Source: an uncultured bacterium (GTDB taxonomy: Bacteria > Patescibacteriota > Gracilibacteria > UBA1369 > PNNO01). From it: a stretch of 32,000 nucleotides of DNA. The stretch covers positions 870,001 through 902,000 of the forward strand of contig OY969931.1 in NCBI GenBank assembly GCA_963704705.1, given 5' to 3'. This document shows positions 8,364 through 16,145 of this stretch, piece after piece. The notes under the pieces were generated by a model, which worked only from the letters and a program-made list of their open reading frames with translations, ran no database searches and was not told where the DNA came from. A program made the translations under genes and the position numbers. Within the stretch, counting starts at the first letter, position 1, and each line of letters opens with the position of its first letter.

Positions 8364-9854
8364 ATGGATAAAAAAGTTCTTTTAATAATTTTGGATGGTT
8401 ATGGCGAAGGTAAAAAATATAAAGGCAATGCCGTAACAAATGCTAAAACTCCTTTTATAGATAAACTACGTAAAACATATCCAAAAACACATCTTGATGC
8501 GCATGGACCGGCAGTTGGCTTGCCGCCTGGATTTCAGGGTGGTTCAGAAGTGGGGCATTACACAATTGGGGCAGGTAAAATTGTTTTAGGCGCGATGATG
8601 GCAATTGATAAAACAATCAAAGAAGGAAAACTTGATAAAATTAAAGAAATTGAAGGTGCAATAAAAAATGTAAAAAAGAATAAATCCAAATTACATTTAT
8701 TGGGTATGATTAGTGATTCAGGACTTCACTCAAACTACAATCATTTGTTTGCTTTGCTGAAAATGGCAAAAAAACACAAATTAAAAGAGGTTTATATACA
8801 TATGATTATGGATGGCCGCGATGTACCTGAGAAAAGTGGTGATAAATTTATAAAAAAGTTGAACAGCGAGATAACAAAAATTGGCGTTGGTAAGATTGCA
8901 ACAATGATTGGCAGATATTTTGCTATGGATCGCGACAAGAACTGGAATCGAACACAAAAAGCTTATGATTTAATGACAAAAATGAAAGGAGATGTTGAAG
9001 AAGATGCAATTAAGGCTCTAAAAAAACAATATGCACATAATGTTGAGTCGGATTATTATATTGAACCGGTTGTTTTGGATAAAAAAGGCAAAGTTGAGAA
9101 AAAAGACAGTGTTATTTTCTTTAATTACAGGACTGATCGGGCCGCTCAGATCACAGAAAAATTTATGAAAGGTATTAAACCTTATTTTTGTTGTTTCGGA
9201 CCTTATAGTAAGACTGCAAAAGTTGCCTTCCCTGCTCCGAAACTTAAAACAAATTTGGGACACATACTTTCTAAAAATAATTTTAAACAATTAAGAATAG
9301 CTGAGACTGAAAAATACGCTCATGTTACTTTCTTTTTTAACAGTCAGGAAAAAGAACCATACAAAGGCGAAAACAGAATATTGATTCCAAGTTCAAAAGT
9401 TAAAAGTTATGCGAGTAAACCTGAAATGAGCGCAAAAAAAATAACTGATGCACTTTTAAAAGACTTAAAAATTCACGAATATAAATTTATTGCATTAAAT
9501 TTTGCTAATGGTGACCTTGTTGGCCATTCAGGTAATTATAAAGCTGCTATAAAAGCTGTTGAAACACTTGATGTATGTTTAAGCAGAATAGTTCCGGTAG
9601 CTAAAGAAAAAGGATATACCGTAATTGTTACCGCTGATCACGGTAATGTGGAATATATGATTTATGAAAAAAATGGTGAAGATTGCCCTAGCCATACTTT
9701 AAATCCGGTTATATTTATTTTATGTTCTGATGAATATAAAAAAGCTAAACTTAAGAAAAAAGGTGGACTTTCAAATATTGGACCAACTATACTTGATATC
9801 CTTGGAATTAAAAAACCAACAGACTGGGATGACTCATTAATAATTAAGAAATGA
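8364..9854 (+). CDS. gpmI: 2,3-bisphosphoglycerate-independent phosphoglycerate mutase
   Basis: Motifs: LLIILDGYG, GGSEVGHYTIGAG, IMDGRDV, GDLVGHSG and VTADHGN. Length is 496 aa, with a TAATATG junction to pilD. Confidence 0.9.
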   Translation: MDKKVLLIILDGYGEGKKYKGNAVTNAKTPFIDKLRKTYPKTHLDAHGPAVGLPPGFQGGSEVGHYTIGAGKIVLGAMMAIDKTIKEGKLDKIKEIEGAIKNVKKNKSKLHLLGMISDSGLHSNYNHLFALLKMAKKHKLKEVYIHMIMDGRDVPEKSGDKFIKKLNSEITKIGVGKIATMIGRYFAMDRDKNWNRTQKAYDLMTKMKGDVEEDAIKALKKQYAHNVESDYYIEPVVLDKKGKVEKKDSVIFFNYRTDRAAQITEKFMKGIKPYFCCFGPYSKTAKVAFPAPKLKTNLGHILSKNNFKQLRIAETEKYAHVTFFFNSQEKEPYKGENRILIPSSKVKSYASKPEMSAKKITDALLKDLKIHEYKFIALNFANGDLVGHSGNYKAAIKAVETLDVCLSRIVPVAKEKGYTVIVTADHGNVEYMIYEKNGEDCPSHTLNPVIFILCSDEYKKAKLKKKGGLSNIGPTILDILGIKKPTDWDDSLIIKK

Positions 9855-10930
9855 AAGCAGTAATTTTGGCTGGTGGTGTGGGAAGCCGTTTATGGCCTCT
9901 TAGCCGTCAGAATAAACCAAAGCAATTTCAAAAACTCACAAGTGACTTAACAATGCTACAGGAAACATACGAAAGAGTTAAGTATCTTGGTGATGAAAAC
10001 ATTTATGTAGCAACAAATGAAGATTTTTTTGAAGATATTCTTGCTCAACTACCACAAATTTCACACAATAATATAATTCTTGAGCCCAGTCTTCGCGATA
10101 CAGCAACCTGTATTGGCTATGCAGCGATGAGATTATCGATGGATGCTGATCCGGATGAAGTAATGGCAATTATTTATGCTGATCATCTGGTAAAAGATGC
10201 GCAGCAATTCCGCGAAAAACTTAAAGTTGCTAAAAAAGTTGCACAAGATGAACGCACTCTTAATATAATTGAAGTTAAAGCGCGTTTTCCAAATGTAAAT
10301 CTGGGTTGGGTAAAGGTTGGAAAATCTTTAGAGAGTGTTCACGGACATGAAGTTCAAGAATTCAAAGGATTCACTGAAAAACCAAATCTCGAAAAAGCAA
10401 AAGAATTTATGGCGGACAGTGATTATTTATGGAATACAGGAATGTATGTATGGCGAATTGATACAATTTTGGAAAAATATCAAAAACATTTACCTGATAC
10501 ATACGATAAATTAATGAAAATTAAAAAAGCGATTGGCAGCGATAACGAAGAAGCAGAAGTTCGAAAAAACTACTCTGCATGTGAAAAAATTTCAATCGAC
10601 TACGCAATTATGGAAAAAGTTAAAGAAGATGAAGTTCGTATAATTCCAGCTGAATTCGGATGGAGCGATGTAGGGACATGGGAATCAATCCATGATGAAC
10701 TGGCAATTGATCCAAAAGATAATATTATCCATGGAAATCACATTGGAATTGATACGAATGGCAGTGTAGTGCGCACTGACAATCCAAATAAAATAATAGC
10801 AACAATAGGCTTGGATGACATGGTTATTATTGATACACCTGATGCTTTGCTTGTTTGCCCTAAAAACAGAAGTCAGGATGTAAAAAAGATAGTTGAAAAA
10901 TTGAAGGAAGATAACAAAAAGTATTTATAA
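9851..10930 (+). CDS. Mannose-1-phosphate guanylyltransferase-like sugar-phosphate nucleotidyltransferase
   Basis: It has the MKAVILAGGVGSRLWPLSR G-loop, LEPSLRDTA, NTGMYVW and FGWSDVGTW. Its start overlaps the gpmI stop (ATGA at 9851..9854). Confidence 0.8.
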   Translation: MKAVILAGGVGSRLWPLSRQNKPKQFQKLTSDLTMLQETYERVKYLGDENIYVATNEDFFEDILAQLPQISHNNIILEPSLRDTATCIGYAAMRLSMDADPDEVMAIIYADHLVKDAQQFREKLKVAKKVAQDERTLNIIEVKARFPNVNLGWVKVGKSLESVHGHEVQEFKGFTEKPNLEKAKEFMADSDYLWNTGMYVWRIDTILEKYQKHLPDTYDKLMKIKKAIGSDNEEAEVRKNYSACEKISIDYAIMEKVKEDEVRIIPAEFGWSDVGTWESIHDELAIDPKDNIIHGNHIGIDTNGSVVRTDNPNKIIATIGLDDMVIIDTPDALLVCPKNRSQDVKKIVEKLKEDNKKYL

Positions 10931-10984
10931 CTTCCCATATACCCTATTTTCTAGTATAGTATCCTCCGAATACTAAAACTTTTT

Positions 10985-11407
10985 ATGAATTCTGATCAAA
11001 ATCAACAGCACAAAACGCAAATTAAGCCCAAACCATGGGGTCGTGAGATCTGGTTTGCACAAAATGATAATTATGCGGGAAAAATTCTTGAATTGAAGAA
11101 GGGGCATCGCTATTCTTTGCAGTATCATGAGGAAAAACTGGAAACTCAATATGTTTACAGCGGGCTCGTGAAAATGACTTATGGCACAGATCAGGAAAAT
11201 TTAAAGGAAATTATTTTAAAACCAGGTGACAAATTTGATGTAAATCCTTATACTATCCATCGGGCTGAGGCACTGGAAGATTCAAAGATTTTTGAAGTCT
11301 CAACACCACACTTAACAGATGTTGTTAAACTACATGATGACTATGGCAGATCAGGCAAAGGTAACAATGAGGAGCTCGATGAAAAACTGCATGAGCAAAA
11401 TCAATAA
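10985..11407 (+). CDS. Cupin-domain protein resembling the C-terminal (type II phosphomannose isomerase) domain of bifunctional ManC
   Basis: Motifs: KPWGREIWF, GHRYSLQYHEEKLETQYV and YTIHRAEAL, a cupin metal-ligand pattern. Length is 140 aa. Confidence 0.7.
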   Translation: MNSDQNQQHKTQIKPKPWGREIWFAQNDNYAGKILELKKGHRYSLQYHEEKLETQYVYSGLVKMTYGTDQENLKEIILKPGDKFDVNPYTIHRAEALEDSKIFEVSTPHLTDVVKLHDDYGRSGKGNNEELDEKLHEQNQ

Positions 11408-11446
11408 TTTATATATTTTTCATACTATTTTTTAAACCCTAATTCC

Positions 11447-14400
11447 ATGAAAGGAAGATCTTTTCTAAAAGTTATAGTTATAATAGTCGTTGCTGTAATT
11501 TTAGGCATTTTTGACTTGCCGCCACAAACAAAAGCCCCAATAGTTGGCTGGGCTCCTGATTTCTTAAAAGACCAGCATGTTCATTTGGGACTTGATCTGC
11601 AAGGCGGAGCTGAACTCGATTATAAAATTGATCTAAGAAAGGTTCCTTTAGAAGATCAAAAATCAATTGTTGAAGGTGTAAAAGAAGTAATTAATAAACG
11701 TGTAAACAGTCTTGGTGTTAGTGAACCAATGATATTTGTTTCAGAAATCGCCGGTGAAAGCCACATAGTTGTTGATTTGGCCGGAGTTAATATTGATGAA
11801 GCAAAAGGTACAATTGGTAAAACAATACAATTAGAATTTAAAGAAAGAAAAACAGAAATTGATCCAAATGAAAAACAAAATATTGAAAACCATGCCAATG
11901 AAATTTTACAGGAAATAACTCCTGATAATTTTGAGGTAATCGGTCAGGAAGAAGAACAAGCTAACCCTGAAGGAGTAACTTATACAAACAATACTGACTT
12001 TGTTTATGAAGACAGAATTAATGATTCAATTGTCTCAAAACTTGCATCAATGGAACCAGGGCAAGTTTACAGAGGAACAATTGAGACAAGTGGTGATCAG
12101 ACATTAAGTCCAACTGGTGAATTAATTGAAATTACCGGCTTGCATATTATTAAATTGAATGAAAAGGAAACTGAAGAACAGACGAAATCTATTGATAAAA
12201 AGGTTAATGTAAGCCATATCTTAGTTGCATATAAAGGTGCTGAAAAAGCTGACCCATCAATAACCAGGACAAAGGAAGAAGCGCAAGCTTTAGCTGAACA
12301 AATACTTCAAGAAATAAAAGACGGTGCTGATTTTACTGAAAAAGCAAAAGAATTGAATGATGATTCTTCCGCTAAAGATTTAGGCGGAATATTAATTAAA
12401 CCAGCCGGAGAAGGTGCATATACTGATAAATTTGAACAAGCAGCACTTAAACTGGAAAACAAAGGTGATCTTACTTTGGTTGAAACAGAATTTGGATTCC
12501 ATATTATTCAGGCGGGTACTATTGTCGGAGCTGATGTCAAAACTGAAACCGTAAATAAATATAAGTATGAAGATATTTTCTTTTCAACTATTCCAAGTGA
12601 ATGGCAGGATACAGGATTAACAGGTGAACACTTTGTTCATGCGGATGTTGCATTTAATCAATTATATGAACCTTACGTTACAATTCAGTTTAATACAGAA
12701 GGTTCAGATCTATTCGCTGAAATTACCGGAAGAAATATTGATAAGCCGCTTGCAATTTTTGTTGGAGGCGAACTGATTTCCGCGCCTACCGTACGAACTA
12801 AAATATCCGGAGGCCAGGCAATAATCGAAGGTAACTTTACAATAGACGAAGCAACTGCGCTGGCTAGAGACCTTAATACAGGTGCGATTCCAGCGCCAAT
12901 TGTTCTTTCGGGCCAGTATACTATTGGTGCTGAACTAGGTGCAGATGCACTCGCAAAGAGTATGTGGGCTGGGTTAATCGGTTTAATTGTCGTTGCTGTT
13001 TACATGACGCTTTATTACAGATTAAAAGGTTTTATCGCTGTAGTTGCGTTAACTATTTACGCAGCAATTTTATTATTCTTAATTCAGAGTTCTTTAAATA
13101 CAATAGTCGCAATAATTATTGCAGTCAGTATGTTCATATATATAATGTTGAACATATTAAATTCCAAGGATAACTCCTGGGAAAAGCTTATAACGTCGGT
13201 GCTGGCTGTATTTGCGCTCTTCTTTATTGTTTACTTACTGGCAAATCCAATTGTTCTTACACTTGCAGGTGTTGCCGGTGTAATACTTTCCATTGGTATG
13301 GCAGTTGATGCCAACGTGCTTATTTTCGAAAGAATTAAAGAAGAAATCAGAGATGGCAGACCACTTGGATCCGCAATTGATATTGGTTTTGATAGAGCCT
13401 GGCAAAGTATCCGTGATTCGAACTTCTCTTCATTAATTACATGTGCGATTCTGTTCTACTTTGGAAGTTCAATTATTCAGGGATTCGCATTTAACCTTGC
13501 TGCAGGTATTTTAGTTTCAATGTTTACAGCAATTACAATTACAAAAGCATTCCTTAAACTTATTGTCGGAACTCCATTTGCACATAACTATTTCTTATTG
13601 GGTGCAAAGCCTACAGATAAAAAGCGAAAAATATTCAATATTATCGGAAATTCAAAAAAATGGCTTGGATTATCTGGAGCTTTGGTTGCTATAGCAATTG
13701 TTTCAATATTTACTTTCGGACTTAAAATGGGTATCGACTTTACAGGAGGTACATTAATGCAGGTGAAATTTGAACAGGAAGTTCAGCAGGAAGATCTTAA
13801 AACAGCACTTGAGGAAATTGGTACTGAGATATATGGAAATGGAATAATGGCAACTGCAAATACAACTGCTAATACAACAGATGGTAGTGGTGACAATACT
13901 GTAATCACTACTGCTGAAGAAACAGTGGTTGATTTCAGTACTGCAAATATAATTCCTGCAGATGAAGGTTATATTATTAAAACCAAATATTTATCAACAG
14001 ATGTACACGATAAGATAATTGAGAAACTTAAAGAAAGATTTGGAAATCTTTCAGAACCAAGATTTACTACTGTTGGACCAACTGTTGGTGAAACAATGCA
14101 AACTAAAGCTATTTTTGCTTTAATAGTTGCGCTTATTGCAATAGTAGTTTATATAGCTTTTGCATTCAGAAGAATCCCAAGAAAAGTTTCTCCATGGAGA
14201 TTCGGTATAAGTGCAATTATCGCTTTGGCACATGATGTAATCATAGTTGTTGGTATTTACGCAATATTAGGTGTTGTGCTTAATGTTGAAGTCGATGCGT
14301 TGTTTATAACCGCACTTCTTACAATACTTGGGTTCTCAGTACACGATACAATTGTTGTATTCGACAGATTACGTGAAAATTTGAAAGACATGGGAAGAGA

Positions 14401-14644
14401 AACAACTTTTGCAGAAGTTGCAAATGCAGCGTTGTCACAAACAATGGCAAGATCATTAAATACTTCTATCTCTACCCTATTCACATTGGTTGCATTATTA
14501 ATATTAGGAAGCACTTCAATATTCTACTTCGTACTTGCATTAGTACTTGGTACTATAGTTGGTACTTATTCATCAATATTTGTAGCCAGCCCGATACTTG
14601 TTTGGTGGAATAATAGAGCAGTAGCAAAAAAAGAGCGTTCGTAA
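11447..14644 (+). CDS. secDF: Fused protein-export membrane protein SecD-SecF with a parvulin-like PPIase insertion
   Basis: SecD blocks: GLDLQGGAEL, KTIQLEFKE, PLAIFVGGELISAPTV, IGAELGADAL and GMAVDANVLIFERIKEE. SecF blocks start near 13621: GIDFTGGTLMQVKF and VHDTIVVFDRLREN. The single ORF is 1065 aa. Confidence 0.9.
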   Translation: MKGRSFLKVIVIIVVAVILGIFDLPPQTKAPIVGWAPDFLKDQHVHLGLDLQGGAELDYKIDLRKVPLEDQKSIVEGVKEVINKRVNSLGVSEPMIFVSEIAGESHIVVDLAGVNIDEAKGTIGKTIQLEFKERKTEIDPNEKQNIENHANEILQEITPDNFEVIGQEEEQANPEGVTYTNNTDFVYEDRINDSIVSKLASMEPGQVYRGTIETSGDQTLSPTGELIEITGLHIIKLNEKETEEQTKSIDKKVNVSHILVAYKGAEKADPSITRTKEEAQALAEQILQEIKDGADFTEKAKELNDDSSAKDLGGILIKPAGEGAYTDKFEQAALKLENKGDLTLVETEFGFHIIQAGTIVGADVKTETVNKYKYEDIFFSTIPSEWQDTGLTGEHFVHADVAFNQLYEPYVTIQFNTEGSDLFAEITGRNIDKPLAIFVGGELISAPTVRTKISGGQAIIEGNFTIDEATALARDLNTGAIPAPIVLSGQYTIGAELGADALAKSMWAGLIGLIVVAVYMTLYYRLKGFIAVVALTIYAAILLFLIQSSLNTIVAIIIAVSMFIYIMLNILNSKDNSWEKLITSVLAVFALFFIVYLLANPIVLTLAGVAGVILSIGMAVDANVLIFERIKEEIRDGRPLGSAIDIGFDRAWQSIRDSNFSSLITCAILFYFGSSIIQGFAFNLAAGILVSMFTAITITKAFLKLIVGTPFAHNYFLLGAKPTDKKRKIFNIIGNSKKWLGLSGALVAIAIVSIFTFGLKMGIDFTGGTLMQVKFEQEVQQEDLKTALEEIGTEIYGNGIMATANTTANTTDGSGDNTVITTAEETVVDFSTANIIPADEGYIIKTKYLSTDVHDKIIEKLKERFGNLSEPRFTTVGPTVGETMQTKAIFALIVALIAIVVYIAFAFRRIPRKVSPWRFGISAIIALAHDVIIVVGIYAILGVVLNVEVDALFITALLTILGFSVHDTIVVFDRLRENLKDMGRETTFAEVANAALSQTMARSLNTSISTLFTLVALLILGSTSIFYFVLALVLGTIVGTYSSIFVASPILVWWNNRAVAKKERS

Positions 14645-14675
14645 GTTGATAAAGAGATTTAATAATGATAAAATT

Positions 14676-14708
14676 GCGCAGGTCCATCTAGGATCTGCGC
14701 TTTAGTTA
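14676..14708 (+). terminator. Rho-independent terminator-like hairpin after secDF
   Basis: A 10-bp stem GCGCAGGTCC (14676..14685) pairs with GGATCTGCGC (14691..14700), with one G-U pair and a 5-nt loop. It is followed by TTTAGTTATT. Confidence 0.6.
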
Positions 14709-14722
14709 TTAGCAATTAATAT

Positions 14723-14799
<77 letters not shown>

Positions 14800-14820
14800 C
14801 AATAAATAACAATATTAATC

Positions 14821-15132
14821 ATGGCAGGAGAAATAATCAAAGCAAACAATGTTGAAGAAGCTGAGCAGCAACTAATGGCTATTTACAATGCCAAAAGCAT
14901 CTGGGTTAAACCAATAACACGCGAAGAATATGAATCTTACGATAAAAGCGAGCGTGAAGACAGCGATAACCACTTAAATCTTGATCGTTTAGGAAAAGAC
15001 ACACTTATTGCTGATCTGGCTTATTATAAATTTTTAAAAAACCGCGAGACCGCTTTCAGAATCGATTTGGTTGATCAAACTCAAAAGGTAAAAAAACAAT
15101 TATTCTTTAAGCTTTTGCCTCGGGAGGATTAA
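14821..15132 (+). CDS. Hypothetical protein (103 aa)
   Basis: The ORF starts 21 nt after the tRNA. I recognise no family. Its 3' end overlaps the convergent 200-aa ORF by 26 nt. Confidence 0.4.
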   Translation: MAGEIIKANNVEEAEQQLMAIYNAKSIWVKPITREEYESYDKSEREDSDNHLNLDRLGKDTLIADLAYYKFLKNRETAFRIDLVDQTQKVKKQLFFKLLPRED

Positions 15133-15709
15133 AACTGCGAAGTCCCCTGTGTTTTCTGCCGTTATTATATAAATTGGTGAAAAATCTAAGGCCTTGTTCA
15201 AATTGATTGTAAGTAAAATTATCAAACGAAATACATTCAAGCAATAAATCAAGGATTTCTTCCCATACTTTGTTATATTTACGTTTATTTAAATATAAAA
15301 TTTCACGAATTTCACCTGCTTTACCATTTCTTATTAAGCTTTTTAGTCGTAAAGAATCTTTATTAACAAATTCGTAAATAGCACCATGTGAAACTCCTAT
15401 AAAATCCATTACATATTCCCATACATCATCATATTTTGAGTCCATAATATTAAAAGAATTCCTTAAAAATTCAGGACCTTTATTCACAAATATTTCTTTT
15501 ATATAATCGGCATTCTTTTTAACACAAACTTTCACTGCTTCTTTTTCAAACATTAAGTAATCAAATACTATCTGCCATACCTCTTCATTACCTATATCAA
15601 GCTTTTTCTTGAGTTCTCTTGGACCATTTTCAAGATAAAATTGAAGAATTTTTTTATCAAATTTTTCTATCAATGAAATTATTCGGTTTTTTTGAATTCG
15701 TGATTCCAT
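15107..15709 (-). CDS. Hypothetical protein made of three ~48-aa helical (HTH-like) repeats with a basic tail
   Basis: Internal triplication: ENGPRELKKKLDIGNEEVWQIVFDYL, NKGPEFLRNSFNIMDSKYDDVWEYVMDFI and RNGKAGEIREILYLNKRKYNKVWEEILDLL. A consensus promoter lies upstream. Confidence 0.6.
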   Translation of the reverse strand: MESRIQKNRIISLIEKFDKKILQFYLENGPRELKKKLDIGNEEVWQIVFDYLMFEKEAVKVCVKKNADYIKEIFVNKGPEFLRNSFNIMDSKYDDVWEYVMDFIGVSHGAIYEFVNKDSLRLKSLIRNGKAGEIREILYLNKRKYNKVWEEILDLLLECISFDNFTYNQFEQGLRFFTNLYNNGRKHRGLRSFNPPEAKA

Positions 15710-15739
15710 AATTTTAACTTGATTTATTAAAAGGAAGTA

Positions 15740-15767
15740 ATTATACTTACTTCTTGAATTTTGTCAA
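15740..15767 (-). promoter_or_regulatory. Consensus sigma70-type promoter for the 200-aa repeat protein
   Basis: On the minus strand, TTGACA (15767..15762) is followed by a 16-nt spacer and TATAAT (15745..15740), 30 nt before the ATG at 15709. Confidence 0.55.
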
Positions 15768-15777
15768 GTTTATTGGA

Positions 15778-15805
15778 TTGAAAATAAGGATTAGAAGTCT
15801 ATAGT
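15778..15805 (+). promoter_or_regulatory. Candidate promoter for the DUF1858 gene
   Basis: TTGAAA (15778..15783) is followed by a 16-nt spacer and TATAGT (15800..15805), 36 nt before the ATG at 15842. Confidence 0.35.
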
Positions 15806-15841
15806 TTAAATACTTTTTTTTATAAATAAATCATTTAATAT

Positions 15842-16060
15842 ATGCGCAAACATAGAAAAATCAGTAAAGATATGATTATTCTCGAAGTTCTTCAAAAATT
15901 TCCGGAAACTTTCGATATTTTTATGGATCACGAGATCGGTTGTGCTGTTTGTCATGCCGCGGAATTCGAAACAATTGAGGAAGGTTTATCTTCACATGGA
16001 ATTGATGTGGATAAATTTGTAGAGTTACTAAACGATAAAATAGAGCTGGAGAGCAAGTAA
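15842..16060 (+). CDS. DUF1858-like small redox/disulfide domain protein
   Basis: 72 aa. The sequence ISKDMIILEVLQKFPETFDIFMDHEIGCAVCHAAEFETIEEGLSSHGIDVDKFVELLN matches the DUF1858 (hybrid-cluster-protein-associated) pattern, including a CxxC. Confidence 0.6.
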   Translation: MRKHRKISKDMIILEVLQKFPETFDIFMDHEIGCAVCHAAEFETIEEGLSSHGIDVDKFVELLNDKIELESK

Positions 16061-16088
16061 AAATTGTAATTTTAATTCAACTTGAGGG

Positions 16089-16116
16089 TTGACAACATAG
16101 CTATAAATAGTATAAT
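16089..16116 (+). promoter_or_regulatory. Consensus sigma70-type promoter for the RND efflux operon
   Basis: TTGACA (16089..16094) is followed by a 16-nt spacer and TATAAT (16111..16116), 29 nt before the ATG at 16146. Confidence 0.6.
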
Positions 16117-16145
16117 AGCGTCTTTTAAATAATGACCAATTAAAT

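Noticed and set aside
10957-10975. A hairpin TAGTAT-CCTCCGA-ATACTA followed by AAACTTTTT after the nucleotidyltransferase gene
   Set aside because: The stem is only 6 bp and all A/T apart from one G-C pair, so it is too weak to call a terminator. It may arise by chance in AT-rich DNA.
11478-14514. Several short antisense or alternative-frame ORFs inside secDF (11478..11666, 11656..11898, 12964..13173, 14257..14514)
   Set aside because: All are nested in a conserved 1065-aa gene and none has recognisable motifs or signals.
14800-15841. An integrated mobile element at the tRNA-Arg 3' flank
   Set aside because: There is no integrase, recombinase or transposase ORF. I could not find a direct repeat of the tRNA 3' end (GGTTCGAATCCCTCCGGGCGTACCA) downstream. 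I kept it only as an orphan-gene observation.
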